Source: the human T2T-CHM13v2.0 reference genome, Homo sapiens
Length of the DNA stretch: 64,000 nucleotides
Reading direction: 5' to 3' (one strand)
NCBI RefSeq assembly: GCF_009914755.1
Contig: NC_060936.1
Made by a program: the position numbers and the translations under genes. A model generated the notes under the pieces. The model did not search any database. It was not told the origin of the DNA and saw only the letters and a list, made by a program, of their open reading frames with translations. The stretch's first letter is position 1, and the number at the start of each line of letters is the position of its first letter. Positions 27,871-43,808 of the stretch are shown here, one piece after another.

Positions 27871-30557
27871 GTGAGCGCTGCCCTTCAAATCTTGATTTCG
27901 TCTGTTTTTTTTTTTTTTTTTTTTTTTTTTTTCTATTCACGCTATGCCATTTTGGACCCTGTTGCCCCATTTTTCAGATTTGAGATGTGATATTAACTTT
28001 CAGTTCCCATGTAAATACGGAAGGAAGCAATGATTTTTCCATAAATGTGCTAAGAAGCAGGAAATAACACTTCAATTTGGGTATTTTATGAAAATATATG
28101 CTTACTGCTGTTACTACGATGCTGTTTGTATTTCCACTAGCTCATCTTTATTAGGCATTAATGAAGCATCAGGCATTATTTTACACATTTTAATTCACTT
28201 AATTTTAAGATCTAGTAAGTAGATAATAGTGTTATCTCAATTTATAAGTGATACAAATGAGGCATAGAAAGTTTAAAGGCTTACATATCTTTGTTTCCTC
28301 TTAATTTTTTTAAAAGCTTGAAATCAGGGAAAACTTGTTTAAGTCATCTTGAAAGAACATACCATTCAGGATATTTGTCCTAGTTTTATTATGAAATGTA
28401 AAGCTTAGATATACCATTACATCTAGGTTTAATATTGCAATGTATTACACAGATATATGAAGAGTTTTAAGTCAAAGAAAACAAATTAGAAATATCTGTA
28501 GGTACATAATGAAATAAAAAGAATACTGGCTCTGGTGTCTGCTAGAAATTTGAACACAGGTTATTCTCTTTACAGTTGTGTGCTCTGAAGAGAATGTCAG
28601 TTTCCTCATCTTTAAAAGTGGACAGTAATATCCATTTTCAAGATTGTTTGGATTACATGTGAAAGTTAATGTAAACACAACACATAAATACACACAGTCA
28701 ATAAATGTTGGTTTAGTACAAATATATCTATTTTTAATCTCAGTAAATATTAATTAAATAAAAGTTTATGGATCACCTATTGTGTGTCTGACATTATGCT
28801 TGAGGCTGACAACTCAAAAATGAGTGGCTAAGTCCTTGCCCTCACTAAATTACACAAAATATCCAAATTTCCTGTTTAAAAATTTGAACATTTTTGGAAA
28901 TTTTTGCTAAAATGGTTTTCATGGTTCCTCACTTGTTTAGAGTATGCTAAACATAGCATAAATTTCTATGGTGACTTAAGGTTATGATTTGGAAATAGGC
29001 ATTATTGAGTATATGTACTAAATCAATAGTTATTATTGAGTAATAACTGAGACTGGAAATGCATATTTTCTCCTATAACTTATCACTTTTGAAGGGTATT
29101 ATTTCAGTTTGATTTTTATGTTTTTTATCCTTCTCTACTATTAGCTCTTGCTTTCATGTAGACAGCCACTCTGCTAGCTGGATTCTTAACTAAGCGCTGC
29201 AGAGAGAGGGCTAGGATCACCTTTATGCTAACCAGGGCTCATGCCCTAAATTCCTTGACCTCCACAATGAGAGAAGTATACTTCATTAAAGGGAAATCCG
29301 GGTACTGTCAGGATCACTAGACTAGGTGCTGGCTGAAAAGCTTCTAGTGAGTAAGACTGTTATCCAAACAGGGTCTGAACACTGGAATGAGAGGCTTATA
29401 TTGACATCTTATTCTACACAGCACTATGAAGTCTGGAGTGGTGACTGAAGTTGCAGTGCAAACATATTTTTACTAGAAATTACCTTTCTCTAGAAAAGTT
29501 TAGACTTAAAAAATAGTAGCTCCTTTACAATGTAGTCCACTTAGGTTTTTTTTTTTTTTTTTTAATGTTTAATTGCACGTAGTACCCTGTGTATTTACAA
29601 AGGTGAGGCATTGCAACCTTTATTCATCCTGATATATCTCCTTGGGAATTAAGATTTGATGTTTGAAGAAAATTTTTATTCATATATTTTATAGCCCAGA
29701 GTCTTGGGAATTAAGAAAAAATATGTCTTAAAGTCGGGTGGGATTTGGGTAAGGTATGATTGTAGGCCTGGTCTCATTACTTTCCTTGGCTCTGCACTGC
29801 ATTTGGTGAAGAGTAAGCTCATCCTCAGTTTGGCTTTTCTCAAGGTAAATAGAGGCTGCAGCAGGTCAAGGCATCCCAAGGAAGGGAAATTGCCTGTGTC
29901 CTAGAATTCCCAGTTCAAGTCTTGAGCTTGACAATAGTTGTCCCTATGTTGAATAAATTCATGTGCCTAGGTGACTGCTACATGCTTGCTGGTTTATGCC
30001 TGGATTACCTGGAACAGTTGCTAATGCAAGGGAATGAAGATTACCTTTATGCCAATCAGAGCCCTCACCTGGAATGATGTCATGCACTAGGTGATGGAGT
30101 AGTGATAGTTCCTGAAAGAAAAATATTTAATATTTTCAGGCAGAGTTTTCACAGGGAAGTGGAAGCCTGGGAGCCAGTCACCAAATGTCCATTACTGTGG
30201 AAAGTACCTTGCCAGGCCACTAGTTACTAAGTTAGAAGATGGTGGTAGTAATGGAAGAGTATAGGAACAGAATTAATGTCTTCTTTCTTAATCTTCTCTG
30301 ATCTCTTCATGTATCTTGACTTCTAGGCTTTTGATTTCTTTCTTACTGGGTTAAGGCAGTTAGTTCTACACTATTTTATCAAAAAATTAGAACATAATTT
30401 AAAAAGTTATTTCAATGTAAAAGTTCAAGGATACATAAACTTGGTACCTTATATGGTAAATCATTTGTTCATTTAAAATCAATTATTTAACTGATTTAGT
30501 TGTGCTGTCTACATTAGTTTAAGTTTTTTTCTTCTAACTGTCATATATTCTTTCAAG

Positions 30558-30772
30558 GAATTTGCAATGAAGATCCGGATGATGATCTAAGGATGCAAAA
30601 CGGCACAATTATTACAAATATGGAAGACATAGGATTATTTATTGAGAGCTGGGAAATTGAGAAATCATTTGAAGTAACAATGAGAAGACCTGTTAGGAAT
30701 TGTACTGAGCATGATTGCAGCCAGTGCATTGATTTATTAAATAGAAGAATTTTCATTCCATGTCATGATAAA
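30558..30772 (+). CDS. OTOGL: OTOGL exon (215 nt, phase 1-0): GICNEDPDDDLRMQNGT...FIESW...CIDLLNRRIFIPCHDK
   Basis: tttcaag acceptor, AAA|GTAAGT donor; end of VWD4 (DDL..NG, F..SW) and start of C8 (C..LL...F..CH). Confidence 0.95.
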
Positions 30773-31397
30773 GTAAGTTGGAAGCAACCATAAATAATAC
30801 TTTCATGTTAGATATGTTGAGAGTAAAAGCCAATACGTTACTGTTCTTGCTATAATGTTCTTCTACTGAGAACAAAACCCCCAACCTTCTGTCAGTATGC
30901 TTTGGAATTCAGAATCACTTATTGTTTACAGGCTTACAAACACAAGAAGGATAATTTTATTTCTTTTCTTTATGCTTCGTTAGAATTATATCTACAGCTT
31001 TCAGAAAAAAAATGAAAGTTTGTCCTATGAATAAATGTCTCCAGGAGACAGAGATCAATGACATTTGATAACCCAGTATTAAGACCAAGACAGTGAGGCT
31101 TTAATCAATTCCTTATGATCCTGGCTTCTTAGGCACATACTTGTAATAGAATCTGTCACTTACTCAATTTACTTGGTCTTTATTAGTCTCTAACTTTCTG
31201 AGTTTAAGTGATTAGTAGGCATTTTAAATAATCTATATTGTTTAAAAAATCCATTATTAAAGACAAATGACAAATACAGTATTTCATGATCACTTAACTA
31301 TAATTTAGTGAGCATCTAGTACATAGAAATCACTGTGTTAGATTCCTGTGATAGAAAATGAATAGGGCGCTCTCCTTGCCCTCAAGGAGCCTAGTAG

Positions 31398-31783
<386 letters not shown>

Positions 31784-31870
31784 AGAGTTTTAGATCTTTG
31801 AATTGTTTAAAAGTATGAGTTTGCTAGGAGAGAAGAGGGAGGGATGGAGTTCCAGGCAGAGATAACAATG

Positions 31871-32118
31871 CAATGGTCCCTCAGTGGGAGGTTAGTTCCA
31901 GGACCTTCACAGATATCAAAATCCTTGGATGCCCAAGTCCCTTTATAAAATATAGTATAGTATTTGCATATAACCTACACAATTCTCCCATATATGTTAA
32001 ATCATCTCTAGATTACTTATAATACCTAATGCAAGGTAAATGCTATATGAATAGTTTTTACACTGTATTATTTTTTACATTTTTATTATTTTTTACATTT
32101 TTATTATTTTTTATTCTT

Positions 32119-32153
<35 letters not shown>

Positions 32154-32490
32154 TTTCTTTTCCTGAATATTTTTGAGAGCTTCTTTGGAGGTTCTAGCAG
32201 GGGAGTGCTGCTACTCGTATACCCTTGACCAAAGGCCGGTCCTCTGTCGTGGATAGTCGTCCTTTCAACCAAATGTACACCTTCAGGAGGGACGTAAATG
32301 GAGCAATGAGGGAGGAAGGGACACTTGCTTAGCGAGCCAGATCAGCCGAATCAATCCTGGCCGTCAGTAGGATGACAGATGTCACAGCGAGATCTCTCTC
32401 ACATCGGTTTTTCTGAATATTTTTCATCCGTGGTTGGTTGAATCTATGGATGTGGAAACCGGAAACCCTGGGTAAGGGGGGCTGACTGTA
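31871..32490. mobile_element. MER2 (TcMar-Tigger family) DNA transposon hosting the 7SK copy
   Basis: TTCCAGGACC...GGATGCCCAAGTCCCT...TTTGCATATAACCTACAC...ATCATCTCTAGATTACTTATAATACCTAAT; resumes after 7SK with CCGTGGTTGGTTGAATC...GGCTGACTGTA. Confidence 0.85.
32173..32405 (-). pseudogene. 7SK snRNA retropseudogene (RN7SK-derived), 3'-truncated at about nt 240, no poly(A) tail
   Basis: Reverse complement reads GATGTGAGAGAGATCTCGCTGTGACATCTGTCA...GATTCGGCTGATCTGGCT...GGTCAAGGGTATACGAGTAGC...CCCCTGCTAGAACCTCCAAAGAAGCTCTCAA, a diverged copy of 7SK. Flanked by a near-identical direct repeat TTTT(C/T)CTGAATATTTT. Confidence 0.95.
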
Positions 32491-32896
32491 TATGCAAGAG
32501 AAAGTTTGGTTTAAAGGCCATGTGAGGAAAACATTAAAAGAGTTTGGTGCAACATCTATGAAGGGAAGAGTCAGGGAAGGAAAGCAAGGGAATTGTCAAG
32601 TCAGGAAGGAGCTCACTGTGAATGACTTTTGATGCTGCCCTACGCGTTCCCTGAGGGAAAAGACGAAAGTATGAAGTCATGGGATAAAAATGACATATCT
32701 TTGTGGAACTTCAGTTTTACATGGAGATTTGGATAAAAATAAGTTTTAAATGTTCACATTTTTAAAATGCATGCACATAAACATGAAGAAATAGCAAACA
32801 CTTTAAAACTCATTCAGTACCACTTTAGTCTGTCTTTTTAAAGCATCATGATTTTTTAAAATTGCGTTTTTAACTGGGAACTTGAAAGGTTGGTTA

Positions 32897-33140
<244 letters not shown>

Positions 33141-33592
33141 TTAAAGTGTGTGGGTTTTGTTTATTGTAGAAACGTAAATGGGCATCAAATTATGTTGTGT
33201 CTTATGCTGGAAAATCTAAATCAACAACCACATAAAACTATTCCTATGGTAACATCTAAAAACCAATCATGCAGAATTTAAGGATAATTACTAGAATATT
33301 TTGCTTTATTGTTTATTTTTATAAATAACAAGTAATCTTGGCTCAAGAGGTTTCTTCAGAACTAGTTTTAGAATCATTTGGAAAGTCAGGCTTGTCCATC
33401 AAGATCCTCATTAAACCCATCACTCTCTTCACAAGGAACATCTTGTTTTATATTTTCTTAGGCTGTTCAATGATGGGATAAATTTTTATAATTTTTTTAA
33501 GTGTTATAGTTTGAATATCTTTCAACAAAAGAAAGTTAATTTGCCATTTTATCTGCTACATAGATATAAATCAATTTAAAGAAGGCATTGGC

Positions 33593-33855
33593 TATATATT
33601 ATATATTATATTTTATATATTATTATATATTATATTTTATATATTATAATATATATTATTATATGTTATATTTTATATATTATAATATATATTATTATAT
33701 GTTATATTTTATATATTATAATATATATTATTATATGTTATATATTATAATATATATTATATGTTATATTATATATTATGATATATAATATATTTTATAT
33801 TTATAATGTATATTATATATTATGTATAAAATATATATATATTATATATATATAT
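33593..33855. repeat. AT-rich minisatellite (about 36-bp unit) in the tail position of an Alu
   Basis: Repeats of TATTATATGTTATATTTTATATATTATAATATATAT. Confidence 0.92.
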
Positions 33856-34151
<296 letters not shown>

Positions 34152-35755
34152 ATGGCTATAATATTTTTACAGTCAGAGTTGAAAATATAATTTTTCATCA
34201 TGGAAAGAAAAGATAAAAAGTAAAACCTAAATAATGTAAATGGATTATTTTAACAGTAATGGTCAAGAAGAACTCACAAAATTGGCTTATTTTGCAGATT
34301 TTTTTCAAGAGTGACGAATTAAAAATACTATAAAAAAGTTTGAGAATAAGATAGAGATAATTGACTGTAGGACCTACTAGTACTTTCAGACTCTCAAGTA
34401 CTCAAAGCCTCTAGATGTGTTTCCTTGAGAAACTAAAAGAGACCCTTACAAAGCTTATGAGGATTCTATACACAGTAGCCTGTGTCTTCAGACAACATCT
34501 TTAGCTGCATTCTGGTCATGATGATTCAGTGATAACTCTGGCACAGTCCATACAATAGTGGAAAATGCATTTTCTTTTTACCCACATAGTTCTTGGATAT
34601 TGCAAAACGGAGGTAGAGAAGACACAGTATTACCATCATGCTGAACTCGATATTTGGCATCGAACCTCCTCAATTCACTGCAGATTTCTTACGTGGATAT
34701 TAAGGGAATGAATGCAATACCAAAGTGCCCATTAATCCATGAGATAGGCAGGGTGTATTTCTTTTTCTCTCAAAGCCTCAAGTCTTAAGACATTATTTTT
34801 ATTTAAAAGACACAGACTATTAAGCACCAGAATGTAAAACTTGCATGACCTCAAAAAAATACTTCAAAGAAATTTTGAGTTTATAGTGACTTCTTTGGGC
34901 TGAACTCTAATCAACCTTGAGATAAAGTTTCCCTTTCTCTACCTTCTGCTTCTAAAAGTTACTTTGATTAAAGTCCTGTTGCAAGAAAAAAAAGAAAGTT
35001 AAGAACTAAAAAAAAAGGGAGGGTCATGACAATTTGCTCAATAGATCTGTATGAAGGTCTGAAGAAGATAGGCTAGGCAGGTATAGTAAGGTAGCTAATT
35101 AAAAGGTCTCTGAGTAGTTTTTATTTATTTGCTTGTTTTAACCTTTTATTGTGGTAATGTTTACATATTCACAAAAGTGGTGGGAACAGTATAAGAACCT
35201 TTCAGTGTCCGTCATCCAGATTAAAAAACCATTTAAAAATTGCCTCTTTTTTTCTGCCTATCTTTTTCACTCCTTCTGCCCACACCCCGCCCCTGTTGAA
35301 TTATTTTAAAGCAAATCTACTTTGGGAAAATGATGATGGATTCTGCTGGTCAGTGGGAAGCAAGTGAGGACAGCAGCACGTTCAGAAAAGAAAGATGGCA
35401 TTTGGGAGACATTTGGGATGTGGAAGGGGTAGGATTTAAGGACCAATTAGATGTTAGTGCTAAGGGAGGGTGAGCATTTGTAGATGACTTCAACTTTCTA
35501 GCTTAAACAGGGTAACATATCGAGATAAAGAAATTCTTGATGGCTTGTTGATACTCAATCTGTTCCATCCAAGCTATCACTAAGTCATGTTGATTCCACT
35601 TCCAAAATATATTCAATATCCATGCATTTCTTCCCACCACCATTTGAATCCAGACAACCATCATCTCTTGCCTGGTCCAATGACAAAGCTTTATAATTTG
35701 AATTTTTTTAACAGAACATCAGACAGTTTAATAGATGCTTCTCTTGACTTACATC

Positions 35756-37141
35756 TTTTTTTTTTAAATTATAATTTATATTCAGGGACACATGTGCAGA
35801 ACGTGCAGGTTTGTTATATAGGTATACAAGCGCCACGGTGGTTTGCTGCACCCAACAACCCATCAACCCGTCATCTACATTGGGTATTTCTCCTAATGCT
35901 CTCCCTCCCCTAGTCCCCCACCCCCCGACGGGTTGTATGATGTTCCCCTCCCTGTGTCCATGTGTTCTTATTGTTTAACTCCCACTTATGAGTGAGAACA
36001 TGCGGTGTTTGGTTTTCCATTCCTGTGTTAGTTTGCTGAGAATGATTGTTTCCAGCTTCATCCATGTCCCTGCAAAGACATGAATTCATCCTTTTTTATG
36101 GCTGCATAGTATTCCATGGTGTATATGTGCCACATTTTCTTTATCTAGTCTATTATTGATGGGCATTTGGGTTGGTTCCAAGTCTTTGCTATTATGAACA
36201 GTGCTGCAATAAACATATGTAGAATGATTTATAATCCTTTGGGTAGATACCCAGTAATGGGATTGCTGGGTCAAATGGTATTTCTGGTTCTAGATCCTTG
36301 AGGAATTGCCACACTGTCTTCCATAATTATTGAACTAATTTACACTCCCACCGACAGTGTAAACATGTTCCTCTTTCTCCACATCCTCTCCAGCATCTGT
36401 TTCCTGACTTTTTAATGATTGCCATTCTAACTGGTGTGAGATGGTATCTCATTGTGATTTTGTTTTGCATTTCTCTAATGACCAGTGGTGCTGAACCTTT
36501 TTTTCATATGTTTGTTGGCCGCATAAATGTCTTCTTTTGAGAAGTGTCTGTTCCTATCCTTCACCCACTTTTTGATGGGGTTGTTTGTTTTTTTCTTGTA
36601 AATTTGTTGAAGTTCTTTGTAGAGTCTGGATATTAGCCCTTTGTCAGATGGATAGATTGCAAAAATTTTCTCCCATTCTATAGGTTGCCTGTTCACTCTG
36701 ACGATAGTTTCTTTTGCTGTGCAGAAGCTGTTTAGTTTAATTAGATCCCATTTGTCAACTTTGGCTTTTGTTGCCATTGTTTTTGGTGTTTTGGTCATGA
36801 AGTCTTTGCCCATGACTGTCCTGAATGATATTGCCTAGGTTTTCCTCTAGGGTTTTTATGGTTTTAGGTCTTACATTTAAGTTCTTTAATCTATCTTGAG
36901 TTAATTTTTATATAAGGTGTAAGGAGGGGATCCAGTTTCAGTTTTCTGCATATGGCTAGCCAGTTTTCCCAACACTATTCATTAAATAGGGAATCATTTC
37001 CCCATTGCTTGTTTTTGTCAGGTTTGTGAAAGATCAGATGGTTGTGATTGTGTGGCGTTATTCCTGAGTCCTCTGTTCTGTTCCATTGGTCTATATGTCT
37101 GTTTTGGTACCAGTACCATGCTGTTTTGGTTACTGTAGTCT
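35756..37141 (-). mobile_element. L1PA (about PA7/PA8) 3' 1.4 kb, antisense, inserted in an L2 remnant
   Basis: CATGTGCAGAACGTGCAGGTTTGTTA 3' end; ORF 36475..36813 is L1 ORF2 C-terminal sequence ([15 protein letters not shown]). Confidence 0.95.
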
Positions 37142-37149
37142 TCTACCAC

Positions 37150-37635
37150 TGAGCTTCATCCTTGTTTGCAAATCTCTACAAAGCAGGCAGAATAGTATCT
37201 TAAAATTATAAACAGAATGTGTGATTTCTCTACCTAAAATCCTTCACTGTATTTCACTTAGAGTACATTCCAAAGTTCTTACCAGGGCTGTCAATGTCCT
37301 CTATAATCTGGCCCACCTATTTCTCCAGCCACGTCTTGTGCTACACTCTTCTTGTTTGCTAAGCTCCAACCATTGTTGCCTCCCTTAATATTACAAGCTC
37401 TCTTAATATTCCAAGAGTTTTTTCTGCCAAAATGCTCTTCTTCTTGCTGTTTCCCCAGCTGGAATACTTTTTTCTTTCAATCCTTTTTAGCATGGTGGCT
37501 TCTCTTCATCTTACTCAAAGGCTTTGTTTTTGTAGTTGTTGAGATCCACAAGCAGAGAACAGGTCTGTTTTATTTGTCTTTATTCTTATGCATAGTACAG
37601 TGCCTGATATGTAGTTAGGTTCCCAATAAATGATA
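37150..37635 (+). mobile_element. L2 remnant (3' part)
   Basis: Ends TAGTACAGTGCCTGATATGTAG...CAATAAATG; its 5' part lies at about 35550-35700. Confidence 0.6.
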
Positions 37636-38409
37636 AAAGTGTTCATCAGTTAATAAGTAAGTAGAGGATACAGAAGAATCAGCTTTTGTGGGCTAAGTAG
37701 AGAAGGGATACTTTTTTTTTTTATTTTGGACAGATTAAATCGTGTGCATCATCAGAGTAAAAACATCGAGCAGAAACTCTGGAGTGTAATTCGGGAGCTC
37801 AGAGGAGATAAGTTGAGGCCAGAGATCAGGTTGGAAGAGTTATTAGTATATGGATTTTTAAAATAATGATAATTTATGATGTGCCAGGTTTTTTTCTGTA
37901 CATTTTCCATATATTAGCTCATTTAATTTTCACAGCAGTCTTAAGTAGTAGTAGTTGTTACTATTAACGCTATTTCACATATGAAGAAACCAAGACAAAG
38001 AAGGTTTAAATGCCCCAGATGGTGATAGAAACCATGGGAATGGATGAGCTTGGGGAGAGCATTTTCAGTGAGAGAACATGACCATTGAGGATGGGATCTA
38101 GTAAAACAGAATGAGAGGCAGGTAGAAGAAACAATGACCAAGTAGATAGAAAGACAATGGAGCACGGTACCTTTGAAGTTCAAGGAGAGAACATTTTAAG
38201 CAAGTGGACGTGCTAATGGCAATATAGGCTTCTGAGAGATCGCGGAGGGTTTAGAATATCAATTTCATTGCATTTGATTAAAAGAAGGCTATTAATGACT
38301 AAAGCAAGTATTCTGTGCAAAGTAAGGTGGTTGGAAACTGGGAGGATTTCCCAAAGACATTGAAAAGAAGGTCAAATCTTAGGGTTTTTTTCTGCATCTT
38401 CAAAAATAT

Positions 38410-40191
<1,782 letters not shown>

Positions 40192-40910
40192 GCCATTGGT
40201 TTTTATAGATACAGACCCTGAAGAAAAATAGATGGACTATGAAAAAATACTATTTTTATCGGATACTTTGGCCTGTGTCAGAATTTGGCATCTGAATTTA
40301 GATACTTAGTATGAGCCTGTTGAATAATGAGTTGAGAGAAAAATGGAATAAATATTGTCACATGCTGCATTATTTATATTTCAGGTGTCTCTAGATCAAA
40401 ATGGAACATATTCTATAGGAAAAAAATGAGTAATTAAATTGAGGTGTGCCAAATGTTTATAAATTATGTAACTAATATTGAATATTAATAAAAGTTTTGA
40501 GAAGCATTTGTAACTTTATTTAATAAGCAATGCTGTATACCATTAGAGAATGCTTTGTGAGCTTCCAATTTAATCTATAATTTTTCAAACTCTTATTCAG
40601 TATATGGAAAAGGCAATTGTAGCCCACAGTGGATATTAGAAATAAATTTTTGCTTGGCTCCACATACTCTGTTTTCTTTTCCATCTTTATAAGAAAGATT
40701 TGTGTAGATTAGTGCAGATGGTATTTGTCTTATTTAAGTGTGTTTAGAGTGATGTTTAATATTAAGAATTTTTGAAAATGTAAAGTCTATGATGAAGTAT
40801 AATGAATATTAACTTGCTACCCTTTGATTCTCCAAATAATCTTAGTCTAGCTTAGGGCTTTCAGAGAAATAAAACAATATAACTTATTTCAAGGCAAAAT
40901 GTTTCTCTAG

Positions 40911-41052
40911 GTTTCACCGGAAGACTTTTGTGAAAAGATGTGGATCAATTATACCTATTTTTGGAACTATGAATGTGATGCACTTTCTGCATATGTGGCT
41001 CTGTGCAACAAGTTTGATATCTGTATTCAGTGGAGAACACCTGATTACTGCT
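40911..41052 (+). CDS. OTOGL: OTOGL exon (142 nt, phase 0-1), C8: VSPEDFCEKMWINYTYFWNYECDALSAYVALCNKFDICIQWRTPDYC
   Basis: ttctctag acceptor, T|GTGAGT donor; C.AL.AY...C.....WRTP..C motif. Confidence 0.95.
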
Positions 41053-41943
41053 GTGAGTAACTGTTAACTGAATAATATTTTTCCATCATAAATAAATTTC
41101 ACTTTTGCAATCACTTCTTTCCTTCTTTTTCTTTTTTATCATGAACTAATTTAGTAAGCATAAAATGCACAGAAGAAGCTATGACAAACACAAGTTACAT
41201 CACTTGATTTCAGAAATAAAACAGTCACACATGAAGCTCCCTTTGTGCCTTCTCCAGCCCTTCCCTTTCTCTTTTCCCTGAGAGGTAATCACTATTCAAG
41301 AGGGGCATTGCTGATTCATCGGGAATGTGTGTCATCTCCAATTTCACTAGACACTGTCAAATTGTTCTCCACTGAGATTATACCATTTATAACCCCACCA
41401 TCTGAGCATTTAATTTTTAATAGTATGACTTTTTACATTCATTGAGAATCCACAAGGATTTTCTAAAACATCATTTATAAACTGCTCACCAATAGTAATT
41501 TCTTTTGACAGTGAAGGATCAAACCTAAATATACAACATTTTTCTTTTTTATGATTTGGTTGAGTTATATACTGAAAGTGTATTTCGGTTATAATTCTGA
41601 GTAGACTGTTATCATAATAGTTGATTGTATATTTATGCCAACCAGACTTGGGCTGCCTGTTGGTGATATTTATTTGTTATACATCTGATAAGCGTTTCCT
41701 ACCATAACAGCTAATCCTAGCAGACCCTTAGAAAATGTTTAAAAATTACAAAAAATGCAAAAAACAAACACATTGATGCCTTTGTTTCTGATTTATGGTT
41801 ACAGAGTAAGTGAAAAATGGACTTTGAAGAGACTAAAATTTGCAAAATATATTTTCTAAAAGAAATCTGACATTTCTTTCTTTTACTAGAATTTAAATAA
41901 GTTACTTTTATCATTAGCAAATTTTGTCTCCTATTCTTCAAAG

Positions 41944-42129
41944 CCCTGAGTTGCCCAGAGGGGAAGGAATATCAACCCTGTGTGCGACCTTGTGAAGCAA
42001 GAACATGCCTGAACCAATGGTTCTATGGACACACTTCCTGTTTGAATCTAAGAGAAGACTGTGTGTGCAAAGTTGGAACTGTTCTTCACAGGCCACATTC
42101 AGCCCAGTGCATTCCAGAGAAAGAGTGTG
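41944..42129 (+). CDS. OTOGL: OTOGL exon (186 nt, phase 1-1), TIL: SLSCPEGKEYQPCVRPCEARTCLNQW...CIPEKEC
   Basis: AAG acceptor, G|GTAAGA donor; TIL cysteine spacing. Confidence 0.95.
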
Positions 42130-42607
42130 GTAAGACACAAAGTACAAAATGACTTCTCAGGAATCCGGCAAACAAACAAAAACATTTTTTAGATATTGCA
42201 GAGATGTGCTAACAAAGGTTTATCAAAGACAGCCTCTGTTGGAAAGGAAATGAGTTTGTTTGTAGTTTGATTTTAATATGATTTCAAGAGAAGTTAATTG
42301 TTACAAAAGCTTCAGTGGTAATATGTTTTAATCTTTATATCTGCCCATAGTAACTGAGAAAAAGCATGGGAAATCAAGAATTAAGAGTGTGGATTATGGA
42401 CTGAACTCAAAATCAACTTAATTCATGTATTAGTTGTTCATTTTTACTCCTATGAGTCTCAGGTTATGCATCTGGAAAGTGAGGAAAATAATAGTACTTA
42501 TAAGGTTAGTGTGGGGCTACATAATTTAGTAGAAAGCATTTTGCATTTGACATGGTGCCTTGAGAAAGTAAGCATGTAAGAAATGGCAGATGGTACTATT
42601 ATCTGGG

Positions 42608-43062
42608 TACTATGATTTGGATGTGATTTGTTCCCACCAAAACTCATGTTGAGGTTCGATCCTCCGTGTGGCAGTGCTGGGAGGTGTGGCCTAGTGGGAG
42701 GTGTCTGGATCATGGGGCCACTGCCCTCATCAATAGATAATGCCTTCTCAAGGTTGTGAGTGAGTTATTGCTCTTGTGAGACTAGATTAGTTCTAGCAGA
42801 AATGGAATCTTTCCCTAAAGTACAGATTGTTATAAAGGGAGTTTCCTCTTCATATTTTATTCCTCTTCACATCTGTCCACTTCTTTGACCTTCTGCCATA
42901 GTACAAGGCAGGAGAAAAACCCTCACTGGAAGCTCAGTAGATGCTGGCGCCATGCCCCTTGAACTTCCCAGCCAGCAGAAGTGTGATTAAATGAACCTCT
43001 TTTCTTTATAAACTATCCATTTTCAGGTATTCTCTTAGAGCAACACAAAATGGACTAAGATA
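42608..43062 (+). mobile_element. MaLR LTR (MST family)
   Basis: Starts TACTATGATTTGGATGTG...CCCACCAAAACTCATGTTGA; ends GCAACACAAAATGGACTAAGATA. Confidence 0.88.
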
Positions 43063-43808
43063 CTGGAGGAACACATCTAGTATTTGTAATTATATTTTCG
43101 AACAATGTTATTTTGATGCATTGTCTCCATGGTGGTGGCAGATGAAAAAGTGCAAAATTGAGATGATTGCAACACAGGAATTGTCAGTCATAGGCCTCTT
43201 CATTACGATCAAAAGAAAATGAATTGACTAATAATTAAAGAAAAAGGCAAGGAGAAGTGAAATGCATATATAGTTTCAGAAACAAGCCAGTGTTTGCCAA
43301 TATAGAAAGTATCTGTGGAAGACTTTGAGAATATACACATGTGCTTATATTTGTTCTTTAGAGATCTATGAGATTTGGTTTGATAGCAAATAGGATAAGA
43401 GTTCACTGGAGGCTGGGGATATGGTTGATAAATACATTTATCATTATTATTCCTTAAAAGAACTACTAGATGGTCATATTTATCATAAAATAAAACTTTT
43501 ACTTAAAAGTAATAGTCACTACATAATATTTTGCCTGATTGCCTACTTTTTACTTTTAGATTTTAAAGCAGAAATATTTTGAATTTTCATATGATGTAAA
43601 TGTTATATGAGGTAGGGACTACCTTGTTTTCTCATCCCACTCATTTTTAACAGTTACTGTTTTCAAACTAATTTAAATTTATATTATTGAATTTGATTAG
43701 GCTAAATAAATTATATTAACAGGACTTAAAATGTGTCAAAAATAATAGATCATTTCATTTATAGAAGAAGACATACAGATTTACAGATGGTTGTAAAAGG
43801 AAAGAAAT

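Noticed and set aside
32121-32150. T30 run as the poly(A) tail of the 7SK copy
   Set aside because: It lies outside the target-site duplication, in a T-rich part of MER2.
33588-33788. Tyr/Ile-rich repetitive ORF
   Set aside because: Translation of the AT minisatellite.
36475-36813. ORF with L1 ORF2 similarity; also 49817-50170
   Set aside because: Fragments of truncated, inactive L1 copies.
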